Of a stretch of 64,000 nt of DNA, positions 28,501 to 40,912 are shown one piece after another; position 1 is the stretch's first letter, and each line of letters begins with the position of its first letter. Source of the DNA: Camelus ferus (Eukaryota); contig NC_045698.1 in the NCBI RefSeq assembly GCF_009834535.1, positions 9,054,001-9,118,000 of the forward strand, read 5' to 3'. The translations under genes were made by a program, and so were the position numbers. The notes beneath the pieces were generated by a model. It was not told the origin of the DNA. It did no database searches and saw only the letters and a program-made list of their open reading frames with translations.

Positions 28501-29455
28501 TTGTCATCCAATCAAATATTTCACAAAATTAAAGAGCTGCAAAAGACCACAGGACTGTGATTCTGGAGTGGTGAGAATCACAGAAAGCTTGAATGATTTC
28601 AAGCTTCTTTTTCCTTGGGGTTTTGTCAGTCCTGAAACACTACAAATTGGCACTGTGTCAAGGCAGTTGGTCATTACTGGTGTAGAGAAATGAATGGAGT
28701 GTTTGGCCTTAATGTCTTCTAAAAATTCATTAATGTTTCCTCTTGGAGATGGAGTCATTTCATCTTCACATATTTTTTGTGAGTTTATTACTTTGATATA
28801 CCATCCTGGACATTTCAATGATATTTTCAGATAGTCACTATTGCTGGATGTCCACTGAGTTTTATTTTCCTTTAGATTAATTTGCATTTTATTCCTGGAA
28901 ATTTTGTATTAGGGATTTGTAGTTTACTCTTTGGAATGCTTTTTCTTATGGAAAGTATTCTATGCTTTTATAGCTTTTATCTTTCAAAGTATTTTATTTT
29001 CTTGCCAATTCCTATGCTTATTTTCTTTGTTCGTTATTATAGGATTTTAACAAAATTAATTTTTACATATTGTATGCTAACACTTTATCATTTTTTAATT
29101 GCCTGAATACTTCCCTACCACAAAATTTTACTTTCTTTTGTGATTCACAATCTGTCTAATAAATGGCATAATGGAAAAACAATCTCTTAACTCTTTTGGG
29201 TATTTCAATTTAAAAAATAATTCTTCTGTATAAATGTCATATCACTATAAAAAATGACATCCAATTCCTTCAAAGTCCTTAAATCTCTTTTTATATGATT
29301 TCTTTAAATCACTATTATATTCAAGTCTTCATGAGTTGTTTATATTTTTCCAAGAGAAAGGGCATGGAAATTATCAAACATTTTGCATTGCAATAACTTC
29401 ATTATAAAAGATTGAAAATATTATTTTGGGTTATATACACTGATTTCAAAGACTC

Positions 29456-29459
29456 GTGT

Positions 29460-29493
<34 letters not shown>
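29456..29493. repeat. (TG)n microsatellite
   Basis: TG run with one T interruption. Confidence 0.95.
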
Positions 29494-29719
29494 ATTTAAG
29501 AATCATTTACTTCTGTGCTTCACTGTGGACAGATTTTGTTTTTTAACCAGAGATTGAAAGTGATTTTCTGCATTTAACACATAACTTTTTCCTCTTATAA
29601 GGTAATTTGCAGTATTATTAATATCTCTGCCTAATGGAATAATGGGGAATTAACATAGAATTATGATTGAGTTCTACATGATTGTATCACTGGTATATCT
29701 TATAAAAATGATAAGCAAT

Positions 29720-30240
29720 CAAATTTGGCTTCTGACTGAGTACACAATAGGATTCACAATCACATTTCTAAACATCCTCAAAATTGAACAAAACATTAGA
29801 AACTTTCTAAAATCAGACAAGAGGCAGTGGAGTGCTATGACTCTTAAGATATGGGAAGCTATAAAGAGAGCTCCATATTCCCCCAGAGTTTTGGGCCATG
29901 AAATATTTGCATAGTGGCTGAGGAAGGAGAAACCCAAATAAAACTCTGCAATCTTGCTAAGTTGGAGGAGAAGGTACTAAGAAGAGTTCCAAATATCTGC
30001 ATAGGTTTGGCCTTGAGCCTTCAGCGTGCATAAGGTGAAATTCTACAAGGAAAGGCTAAGCAAATCCTGAAAAAGAACTGTGAAGCAACTATACTGCAAA
30101 CAATTCCCAGAGCTCACAAATGGCAGCCAAACTTTCAAATCTCCACCAACCAGCATAGGGTAGCTGGGGAGTTAAATACAGCAGCACTCAGTAGGGATCA
30201 CTGTGCTTGCAAACTTAGAACAAATATTTCTAGCCCTTCA
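29720..30240 (+). mobile_element. Old L1M 5' region fragment
   Basis: AGACAAGAGGCAGTGGAGTGCTATGACTCTTAAGATATGGGAA parallels the L1 5' region at 33020-33065. Confidence 0.5.
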
Positions 30241-30681
30241 AAAATAAGATTTCCTTAAAATTGATTCTCTTTCATACTATCTTTACTAGCTTTTGGATTC
30301 AATGTGTAATCTTATATAAAATTTAGGAGAATTATTTTTTATCATTCAGAAAGTTTTACAAAAAAGAGAATTTTTATATCTAGAATTTTGAAATTATCCT
30401 TCCATAAAATTGTCTGCAACTATAAATTTTCAGGGAGTATCTTTTAAAACAAATCTATTTTTAAAAAAATTCTAGTATATGGCCTCAATATGTTCACTAT
30501 AATAATATTAAATAAAATATGAGAATACCCCACATTCATGCTCTCTTCTTCAAAACTTTCTTTCTAAACTATACAAAACATACGGTTTTTTCAGATGTGT
30601 TAACGTGTTCTAAGATTTGATTACACTGTTACAGTACAAATTGCATTTGTATACTCTCTCACTTTAAAAATATTAGCTATT

Positions 30682-31093
30682 TAAAACAAACAAACAAACA
30701 AAAAACCAACACAATAACAGCAAAACTCAAGCTCATAGAAGTAAAGAATATTTCAGTGGTTGCCTGAGGCAGGGGTGGGGTGTTGGGAGATACAAAAAGA
30801 GTGAAAATAATCAAGAGATACACACTTCCAGTTATAAAATAAATAAGTTACAAGGATGTCACACACAGCATGGAGACTATAGTTAATAATACTGTGCTGC
30901 ATATTTGAAAGTTGCTAAAACAGTAAATCTTAAAAGTTCTCATGGTAAGAAAATAAAATCTGTAGCTATGTATGGTGACTGATGAAAACAGGCTTATTGG
31001 GGTGGTCATTCTGAAATATATACAAATATCAAATCATTGTGTCGAACATATGAAATTAACATAATGTTACATGTCAATTATACTGCAATAAAA
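30682..31093 (+). mobile_element. L1MA9-like 3'UTR
   Basis: CTTCCAGTTATAAAATAAATAAG...ACTATAGTTAATAATACTG...TTGAAAGTTGCTAA...TGTCAATTATACTGCAATAAAA. Confidence 0.9.
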
Positions 31094-31499
31094 TTTTTAG
31101 CTGTTTACTCTCTGGTTTATAATTATAATAAATACATGTATTAAAACACGTGCAAATACATTTGGCAATCACCATTCTTTCTAAATAAATCACCAAGTTA
31201 CATCTTCCAAAAGAGATGATATGTATTAACATAACAAATTCCTTGCACATTTGCTAAGTTCTTGCTTATAACTCTTAAGATAATATTTTTCTTTTACCTT
31301 TGGTTTTCTTTCTAATTCTGCTGCGATGTGTTCTTTTGTTCTTCATTTTAATTTGAGAAGTTTTTAAATTACACATAGGAAGAAATTATAATAGGCACTC
31401 ACAAATATTCTATCTAGAATGAAATGCAAATGTTAAGTTTTAATACATTTGGTCAAAACTGTTTATTTTAAAATAAATTACAAACTTTACAGGTATTGT

Positions 31500-32880
31500 T
31501 GAATATGTTTTTTAATCCTCCCCAAATCATATTCCTCACTATTCCAAGCTTTCCAAAGCATCACTATTCTTAATTTAGTAGCTTATTTACAATTCATGTT
31601 GTTAAGTTTTACTCTTTGCAAATAGATCTATTAAGGATGAGTTGGACAGTTTTACTTAAATTTATATTAATATCATTCTTAAAGTATGATCTGGCATCTT
31701 GTTTCTTGATCAACACTTTGACTTTGAAATCTAGCCAATGTTAAAAGTACAGTCCATACATTTCAACTGTTTCTACAATACACTAAGTTATGGCAATGAA
31801 ATTTATTCACATTCTCCTAGTGATGGACTTTTTGGTATTGCTATTTCTGAACTCTGCTACAAAAAGATGTTATAATAAAAATCTTTGAGTATGTCTCTAA
31901 TTCATAAAACTTGAGTTGAATTATTCAGCTGTTGGATATACAAAACTAGATTGAATATTGCTCAATTATTTCCAAATTATGTATAACAAGTCATCCTTGC
32001 TCAAGCAATGTATGAATATTGCCATTAATTTATTCAATCCAGAATTGCTCAGTTTTTCCCTCCCATTTCTCCCAAATCTGATAAGTGAATGAGTAATGTA
32101 TAATACGTATATTTGCATTTGATTATCTGTCAGGATTTGTTAAATGTATTAAGAAGCTTTGCTATCATATGAAAATATGTGTATTGCTATGTATTATGAA
32201 TTGATCCTTAGTCATCTTGAAAATTTGTCTTTATCTATGCTAATGTATGTTATCTCTGAACATCTATTTTGACTGTTTAATGTAACCATTAGTGCCTTCT
32301 TATGCTCAATTCTTATCCATCATTTTACTTTCATCTTTATTTTTAGAAGGTGTATCCTATAAATTGCTTATAGTAGGTCTTGTTTTATTTTAAATCAAAT
32401 GAAAATCTCTGCCTTGTGATTAGCTCATTCAGTCCATCTATATTTAATTTAGTTGTTATTTGAAGACTTCATATCCAACCTTGCTATTTTTTTCTCCCTT
32501 TTCAATTTATTTGTTATTCTTTGTTTCAAACGTCTTGCTTTATTTTGGGATACTTGTTATTTTCCATATTCCATTAAATTTCCTTTATTGGCTTATAGCT
32601 GACCTATTGGTTTGTTTGTTTGTTTGTTTATACTTTAGTGACTGCTCTGGGAATATAAAAAATCACCACTAACTTATTATTGTCTATTTCAGGTTAATGG
32701 GTAGCATTTTATGCAACATGTAAGAATGTTGTAGCAGCACAATTTCATTTGCTAGCATTCTGTCTTTTGTAACAGTATTTTCTTATAATGTTACCTCTAT
32801 ACGTGATAACATACTAATAGTAAAATGTTGTGATTTTTATACATTGTGTTGGCTTGTAAGTAAATCAACAGGTGAATAAA
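31500..32880 (-). mobile_element. Ancient L1ME/L1M fragments (3' end, ORF2 start and inter-ORF region)
   Basis: ATTCTCCTAGTGATGGACTTTT; TATCCATCATTTTACTTTCA...AAAATCTCTGCCTT...CCATCTATATTTAAT. Confidence 0.55.
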
Positions 32881-32899
32881 AAAAAAAAGATATTCTTGG

Positions 32900-34640
32900 A
32901 CTCTCATTGCCTGCAGAGATGGAGTAATAGAGGCCAGAATTGTGCTTCCAGTTGAAATAACAAACAAACAAATGAAAACCTGGACAAAATAAATGTGAAC
33001 CGTTTTCTACCTCCACAAAACATCAGGCAATAAAGAGCAGTGACCTCTGAGAGATGGGGAACAAATGATGTGAGTCCTAATGTGCTGCAGCTTAGCTGCC
33101 TTGAGAGTTTCCAGCCTGCAGCCCTGGAAGGAGAACCTAGATGGAGTCCTGCAGACTCGAGTTGAGGAGCTGAAACTGAGATTCCAAAGCATCTAGATGT
33201 AAGACAGAGCACCAGAGACCTTCTGAGGTAATGTACAGCCCCCACTCCCATGGGTATTCAACAGATTACTGATTGGTCTAATCATGTGAGGAAGTTCCTG
33301 AAAGCATAAAGAGAACAGCATGCTACAGCGCTATACAAGTTCTGGGACACTTCTTGTTTCCACCATCCAGCTTGGAAACTTACTAAATAATGAACCATGT
33401 GGTAGAGGATTTAGAAGTTTCTAACCTTAGTAGTGGGCAATAATTAAGACCTAGGCCAAAAATTATTCAGCTCTCACCAAACAAATTTTAAGGACAAGAT
33501 GAAAAGTGATCAAGTAACTTGAAAGCTAAATGATATCTATTTGAATATATGTATATGCAAACTTATTTAGCATTCAAACAAAATAAAATTTATAATATGT
33601 GACAACCAATTAAAATGTTAAAGGCATGCTAAGAAACAGGAAAATATGACCATGATGATGGAAAAAAATGAACCTGTTGAAATAGTCCCAGAAATGACAC
33701 AGATCTTAGATTAGAAAACAAGGGAAATAGAAAGTATGCTCAAATGTTACATTTAGACATGTTCATTATAAATAAACCAGAATCAAACTTCTAGAAATTA
33801 AAATCACAACGTTTGAGATGAAAAATAAACTGGATAGACTAATGGCAGATTTAACAGCGCAGAAGAAAAGATTAGTGAATAAGAAGACACAGCAGGAACT
33901 CATAAAACAAGAAATAAGGAAAAAATAATAACTAGAGAATCAGTGAGTGTGGGAAAACTTCATTAAGTGTAATGAAGCATGATTGGCATTCCCACGGGGA
34001 GGAGGAGGAGAATCACTGGAGAAACAGCAGCTGAAAATGTCCCAAATTTGAATGAAAATGATAAACCCTTAGATCCAAGCACTTCAAAGAATCTTCAGGA
34101 CAAGAAGAAGGAAGAGGAAGACAGAGAGAGGGAGGAAATTACACCCAAGGGCAAAATAATAAGATTTTCCAAAACCAGTGATAAAAATAAAATCTTAAAA
34201 GAAGTCAAATATGAAAGACACATAATGTATTAAGAAACAAAAATAAAAATGTCAGTAAATTACTCATCGAAAACAATGCAAGTAAAAAGAGAAAAGGGAG
34301 TGATATCTTTAACACAAGAAAGAAAAAGCAATCTTTCATCTTAGACTTTCTATATCCATCGGAAAGAAAATCTTTTAAAATGAGGACAAAATAAAAGACT
34401 TTTTCAAACTTACAGAACCTGAGGGATTCATCTCCAGCAGGTCTGCAGCGCAAAAAAGCTTGTACTCATTGAAGGCAGCTCTTCAGGCAGAAGGAAAAGA
34501 CACCAGATGAATATGGATATTCACAAGGAAATAAAAAGTACAGGAAAGGAGATCTACATGAATAAATATGTAAGTATATATTGTAATTTAAGTATCTTTA
34601 AAATTCAATTTACTCTTTAAAACAAAATCAATAGCATATA
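32900..34640 (+). mobile_element. Old L1M 5'UTR + ORF1 remnant
   Basis: ORF1-like peptide IGIP...AENVPNL...TPKGKIIRFSKTSDKNKILK (ORF 33979-34233); GCAGAAGAAAAGATTAGTGAA coiled-coil motif. Confidence 0.85.
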
Positions 34641-34960
34641 TTATTTATTTATGAATCATAAGCATTACATCCTTAGGAAAACAGGACGTAAAAATGTAAA
34701 TTTGTAGAAACACAACACACTTGTTACTCACCTTGAAACATCTTATTGAAGAGATATTTCACTTTGCAAAGCAATGCCTAATTTTTCTTTAAGTAGAAAT
34801 TTTTGTTTTAAGTTACCTTTAAGTTTTTTTTTTTTTAACAAATAAGAATGCTTAACAATTAGAATATCAAAATATGAATCTCCCTAGCTATCAGTAATAA
34901 GCAATATATGCAGCCTCTGGAGTTATTCTGAAAGTTGCAATTAAAACTGTGACTTTCATA

Positions 34961-35160
34961 AATGTTTGATAAACATTTTACTGTTCAGAAATTTAACTCA
35001 GTTACCAAAACATATATCTGTATTTATCTTTGATTTTACAGTAGAGTATTTTAGTTTCCAAATGTTTGATAAACATTTTACTGTTCAGAAATTTAACTCA
35101 GTTACCAAAACATATATCTGTATTTATCTTTGATTTTACAGTAGAGTATTTTAGTTTCCA
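34961..35160. repeat. Perfect 2 x 100-bp tandem duplication
   Basis: 34961-35060 is identical to 35061-35160 on base-by-base comparison. Confidence 0.97.
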
Positions 35161-35199
35161 TCTACTTTTTTTATGCTCTACAATATTGATAATTATTCT

Positions 35200-35830
35200 T
35201 TCCTTCACTGATTATGCTGTTTCATTATTAAACTATGTGAGCAGTGATTTGCAATTTTTTTTCCTTTGAGACACTTATTGCCCATATTCCACATAATTCC
35301 TCTTTCCTCATCACCGCCCCTATATTTTTTCCCTAAGATAAATCTTATTACATCACTTCTCTCCTTAAAAATCTCACAAACTTCTTTTTTCAGTAACGTT
35401 ATTGTCTGGTCCCAGTTCAATGAACTGTCACATACAAAGAGCACTGGCAGCACCTGCACATAGTAGTGTTCAAAACATGTCAGTCCCTTGAATAACTTTA
35501 TCCCACAACACTCCACCTCATCTATCATTTACTCCAACTATAGTGAACCCTCACTGTTATCTGAACACAGTTCCAAAGGCATCCTTCTTCACCACGTTAT
35601 GCCTTTGTACATGTTATGCCCTCTGCTTCAAACACCTGTACTCACCCTTGACCTTTTAATGGTTTCACAGTAAAGATCCAGTGTGTTCCTGATGTGGAGC
35701 GGTTACTTCCTCCTCTGAATTCTCGGTCCTTTGCTTGAAAAAAGCTAAAGCAGTGGTTTACATGTCTTGTCATTTGTACATTTTCAACACCCATAAAAGC
35801 ATTGCATATATTTAGGACTGTGAGTGATTT
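35200..35830 (+). mobile_element. L2 3' region fragments (degenerate)
   Basis: TCACTTCTCTCCTTAAAA...GCCTTTGTACATGTTATGCCCTCTGCTTCAAAC. Confidence 0.5.
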
Positions 35831-36682
35831 CTGAAACCATGGCATCAAAATAACATAGAAATGTATTTATGGAACTAAATAAACTCTGGTTAGCCTTTAG
35901 AAGTAGTTCCAATGGGCTCATTTATAAAATATATTTCTACCCTTTAAATATTGACATCCCTACAGCTGGCCTTGTAAACAATTCAACTGGCAAGAGAACC
36001 AGGTACTATAGGAGAAAAAATGATTTTTAGATGCAATATGATTGTGTGTTAGACTAAGATGACATGTGGCAGGTATTTAAAAAGTCTTTGCACTGACAAT
36101 TTACTACAAATTTGAATATCTTACAAATGACTTTGGATAACGTTCTTTCAAAGACAGTTCCCAGAATGTGTGCTAGAAACTGTGAGTGGATAATCCTCAA
36201 CCCAGGTGACACATCGGGACCTGGGGATCTCAAGAGTTACAGGACAGCAAGACATGAAGAGGCGCCTCAGGTGTGTTTAGATTGTAAACACTTCAGTCGT
36301 CTTGAGGAGCACTTTAACCCATCCTTCGCAGAGAGCTGCTAACACACTTAGTGTAACCCTGTGGCCTATTTTTTGCTTATTGAGAAATGTAATTTCCAGA
36401 TGTGCTTTTGGTTATGCCAAAATTTTGCAGTCAACATATTTACAGGTGGCACAAAGTACAGAAATGTGACTGACAATTTGAGTGTCAAACTAAAAGTTTA
36501 ATCATAATATAGACATTGAACTTAAAAATCACATAGTACTAAAAGCATTATATCAAAAACATCCGTTTTTTTTTTGTAATCCACATAACCATGCCCAGCC
36601 TGTTTCCAAGAATTAGTGACTTTCACTTCTACATTTTGATCTCTCTATTTTAGGCAATATGTCTATGATTTTTTTTCCTTAT

Positions 36683-37237
36683 TGTGGGAGCCCATGATTG
36701 GGTTAACACATTGTAACAGACCCCAGCAGCTTATCTCCTTAAAGAAGAGCAAATGTGCTTAGTAACCGACTTGCTTGCATAGTTGAGGTTTTAGCAATGA
36801 CCCAGGCCCTCGGCTATAAACGCTGGGCGTGCCTGCTGTTAGATAGTCTTCTATCCCCAAAACAGCCTTGGGCTGGAATGGTAAACAAGTTATAAAAAGC
36901 TGCAGACTCAGAGGTGAGAAGGCTGGTTAGCCAGTGACCGGTAAGATCCCCTGAGGGGGGCAACCTGAGACAGGCACAGCCTGAGCAGCTGATTCTCCTG
37001 CGTTCCGCCCTGGTAAGCTGAAAGGCTCAACACGAATATGATTTACCAAAAAGGGCCTTCTGACCTTGAGCCAAATGCCAACAATTAGCAAAGCCTTTGT
37101 ACTCATTGTGATCCCACCCTGTCCTTCCCTAAATTCCTGCTTTCCACCTTTGACTGTACACAATAAATATGGGAGCATTTGAGAGGCTCATGGAGTTGGC
37201 TCCCGACTCCCTCTCACTCTTTTGACTTTTTTCCACA
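36683..37237 (+). mobile_element. ERV LTR (ERV2/ERVK-like), 3'-truncated copy; left arm of palindrome
   Basis: Starts TGTGGGAGCCC; TATAAAAA at 36891; AATAAA at 37162; lacks the last ~55 bp present in the right copy. Confidence 0.85.
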
Positions 37238-37263
37238 AAAACCAACAAACAAAAAAACCCAGT

Positions 37264-37860
37264 TGTGGGTTCTGGCCAGCAGAAGTCCCACCGAGACGGA
37301 ATGAATTACTCACGACTCTGTGGAAAAGTCAAGAGAGTGAGAGGGAGTCAGGAGCCAACTTCCTGAGCCTCTCAAATGCTCCCATATTTATTGAGTACAG
37401 TCGAAGCAGGAATTTAGGGAAGGACAGGGTGGGATCACAATGAGTACAAAGGCTTTGCTTATTGTTGGCATTTGGCTCAAGGTCAGAAGGCCCTTTTTGG
37501 TAAATCATATTCGTGTTGAGCCTTTCAGCTTACCAGGGCGGAACGCAGGAGAATCAGCTGCTCAGGCTGTGCCTGTCTCAGGTTGCCCCCCTCAGGGGAT
37601 CTTACCGGTCACTGGCCAACCAGCCTTCTCACGTCTGAGTCTGCAGCTTTTTATAACTTGTTTACCATTCCAGCCCAAGGCTGTTTTGGGGATAGAAGAC
37701 TATCTAACAGCAGGCACGCCCAGCGTTTATAGCCGAGGGCCTGGGTCATTGCTAAAACCTCAACTATGCAAGCAAGTCGGTTACTAAGCACATTTGCTCT
37801 ATAAGGAGATAAGCGGCTGGGGTCTGTTACAATGTGTTAACCCAGTCATGGGCTCTCAGA
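37264..37860 (-). mobile_element. ERV LTR (ERV2/ERVK-like), full length ~597 bp; includes right arm of palindrome
   Basis: Minus strand reads TCTGAGAGCCC...AATAAA...CTGCTGGCCAGAACCCACA; terminal repeat TGTGGG/CCCACA; 6-bp CCTTAT flank typical of class II ERV target duplications. Confidence 0.85.
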
Positions 37861-38459
37861 CCTTATGTCATCAATTTTAAACAGCATTCATCTTTTGGCT
37901 TTTAATCTATTGGTTAAAGGATTTCTCTTGGTTAGACAAGAATTCTCATCTCTGTTTTCCTCAGTTATCTAAAATTCAGCTCCATTACAGTATTTGGTTT
38001 TATGCTCTTATTATTTTACATTATTATCACATTGAGGATCACATTCGATGTTGGCCCAAGTGATCTAGTATGATTGTTCCCTTTTCTGTATAATTTTTGT
38101 TTTTCCTTTAATTAACAAATTAAATTAAGTTTTTTTTTTTTTTTTTACTTTTACCCATAGCAGCTGCTAAACTACTCTTGAAAGAACTGTCAATCACCTA
38201 GAAGTTACTGTTCGGATGTTTAAACGTTTTTTCAATGGTTTGTCAGTGCTGTTTCATTGGGTCGTTTGCAGTAACTCCCTCACCAAGGATGCTACACTTT
38301 TGATATGAGTTGGTCTCTGGACCTGGCATTCACTCTACCATTCTCTTCAGCTGAATCTTCTGTTTCTTGGATTACAAGTCTTGGTTTTTAATTTGCTTCC
38401 TCTTCTTAGTGGCACGTGCTCTCCAGAAGTTTCCTGTGTAAGAGGAGGGGCCCTGCGCC

Positions 38460-38830
38460 AGTTGTGATGGACTGCGCTGTGCAGCATTAGGATATGACCG
38501 CCAAGTCCCAGGACTTCACAAACAAGCGACCCTTTTAACTCGGGCTGCTTTTCTAACAGGCGACAGCAAGGAGTTCTGCTCACTGTGGTCCACCAGGGAC
38601 CCAGGCTGCTGCAGGCTTCTGTTCCACAAGCTTCCACATCCCCCCAGAGATGGGAGTGGAAGGAGGATGTGGCCAACCTCACATTGGCTTTGAAAGCCCT
38701 GAACAAGAAGGAGCACACTTTATTTTCATTCACATTTTCTTAGTCAAAGTAAGTTAGAAGACCAACAGATAGATGTAAGTATGGAAGAAAATCCTACTAC
38801 GGGCTTGGGAAATATTGGAAATATTTAGGG
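38460..38830 (-). mobile_element. MLT1 (J/K-like) MaLR LTR
   Basis: CAGGGACCCAGGCTG...CACATTGGCTTTGAAAGC...CATTCACATTTTCTTAGTCAAAGTAAGT. Confidence 0.7.
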
Positions 38831-40912
38831 AAACAGAAATTAGGACCCAAACCATAGTCAACCTCTGTGAAGTTCCTTTGAGATCAGCTAGTGCTTTGAT
38901 GCCTGTTAGACTGTTTGGGTTCTCCCCACCAAGTCAAAGACAGAATTAACTTCCATTCTGATGCTTTCATTACCCAGTTACTTTCACATTTAGCCACTCC
39001 TCCTTCAATGCCATGTGCAGATAAGGACATTAACTTATCTTTCTGACCACACAGATGGTGTCATCATCCATCTCTTACACAGAACATGACAACACCCACC
39101 CATACTCAATCTAATTCATTTCTTCATCTCTCTTTTCAGACAACATTGCTTAGCAACCTAGGACATTTTTTCCCCTATACCCACTATACCAATGATGTTC
39201 TGCTTGTCCCAGCTCCCCTATGCTCGTGACCTTTAAAAACAATAACAAAACCTGTAATGGCCAAGTTATGAGATTACTGAGAAGCAATTTCAGTAAGATG
39301 TATGTTTATATAATCATCTTGCCTTGAATGCCCCGTGTGTCTCCAAATGACTAAAATCACCAACTTAATGTGATCACTTGCTCCATTGCCGTGTTTTGTC
39401 TGGGGTCAGAATTGGAATGTGAGTGAGCTTCAGTTATTCAGTGCACAGTTCCACTGCCTCTTATAGATCTAACTTCCAGATTTTTTTTTCAATTATTGGG
39501 CTACTAAACATGCTTTCAGTAATTTCCCCAGAAGCCTGAAATATTAAGGCACCCTCCAAAACTGGGGCTAGTCATGCCCATATTGAAAACAAAAATTTCA
39601 GTCTCATTACCAAGTTATTGGTAAAAATGCCAAAAGGCTATTATAATTGTTTCTACTTTAAACTGACATTGAACTATTTGTCTCTCCTCTTTAGCATAAT
39701 CCTTCTATCATTTGGAAATCCACAAAGCTGCATCTGAGCCTAAATGATTTTTAACTTGATTGATGAGTAGATCGTTTTAGACAGAATCAAAGCCTTCTTT
39801 ACAGTTAATTTCACTGCCATGAGAATATTATTTTTCTCAATAATAGGGAGCTGGAGGAAAATATTCACAATTTAATGCACACTGGTTGCAGTGAGTAATG
39901 CAAATGCACCCAATGATTGATGATCTATTTATCCAATGTCAGACACTTTGAAACATTCTTTTAGCAGTGTGTTCTGAAAAAAAAATCTACTTGTGTATGT
40001 AGGAAAACAAGGATATCATTTTATTTAATTTTTAGTAAATAAGAGATATGTTCAAAACTCCAAAGCGAAGGACCAATGTCTTACCTCAGTAAAGGCCTGG
40101 TATAAAATAATATAATAATGCAATCACAGTGTCGTCTTAAAACATCTAGCACCATGATACTTGCAAAACTTCACACAGTTCAAAAGCTTAGGAATAAGAG
40201 TTCGGTTGCTATTTCAACGTTGCATGATAGCTCTTCAGTGCATAGTATTAAAGATAGTTGAAGCCTATAACTTATTCCATTTTAACCCATGCCTTTTTAG
40301 TTAGAGCTATTTCCTCTTCTTTCAGTTACTGATGATTGAGACTTTGTTTTAGATTTATTTTAAAATAAGTTCCTTTAACTACTACTCAGCCCCTAATAAA
40401 ATCACGAAGAGGTAAAGCTTGAGTCCATAAGCCAACATTTTGCCACTAATTAATAAAATATTTCCAGAATGTATCCAATTTTGAGCAGTAATTAGTAAGA
40501 GTGAATTTCTTTCCATTGTGGCCTTATTTGAGCAGGAATGATTGCTTTTGTGTCCTCTGATTTCTGTAAGTCCCTCCACAGAGTTTTCAAGGTCACCATG
40601 GCTTTGACAATCCAGGTGTAACCCTCAGGTGTTTATGCCACATATATAAATTGAACATCCCCCCATTCAGATATGTCCAAGCTTTACTTACTCATTCATT
40701 CATTTATTTTCAGCCATTCACTGATCACCCGCAGATTAATTTTTCCAATGCCGGGTTTTGGACAATAGGGAAATAAGCTTTCTTGATACTTCCCTAGGTC
40801 AGAAAGATGTTTTCCAGTCTTCTTTAAAGAATAAGGCTACTTTCTTGCAAATTTCTGTCTTGCAAAAGCTTAGGTCAGTTCTGCTTACTATTTTGAAACT
40901 GTGCCCATGCCT

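Noticed and set aside
36927..37787. Two ORFs (36927-37178 -, 37440-37787 +) sharing the peptide MSTKALLIVGIWLKVRRP...
   Set aside because: Identity follows from the inverted repeat; both are antisense to the LTR and show no recognisable protein family.
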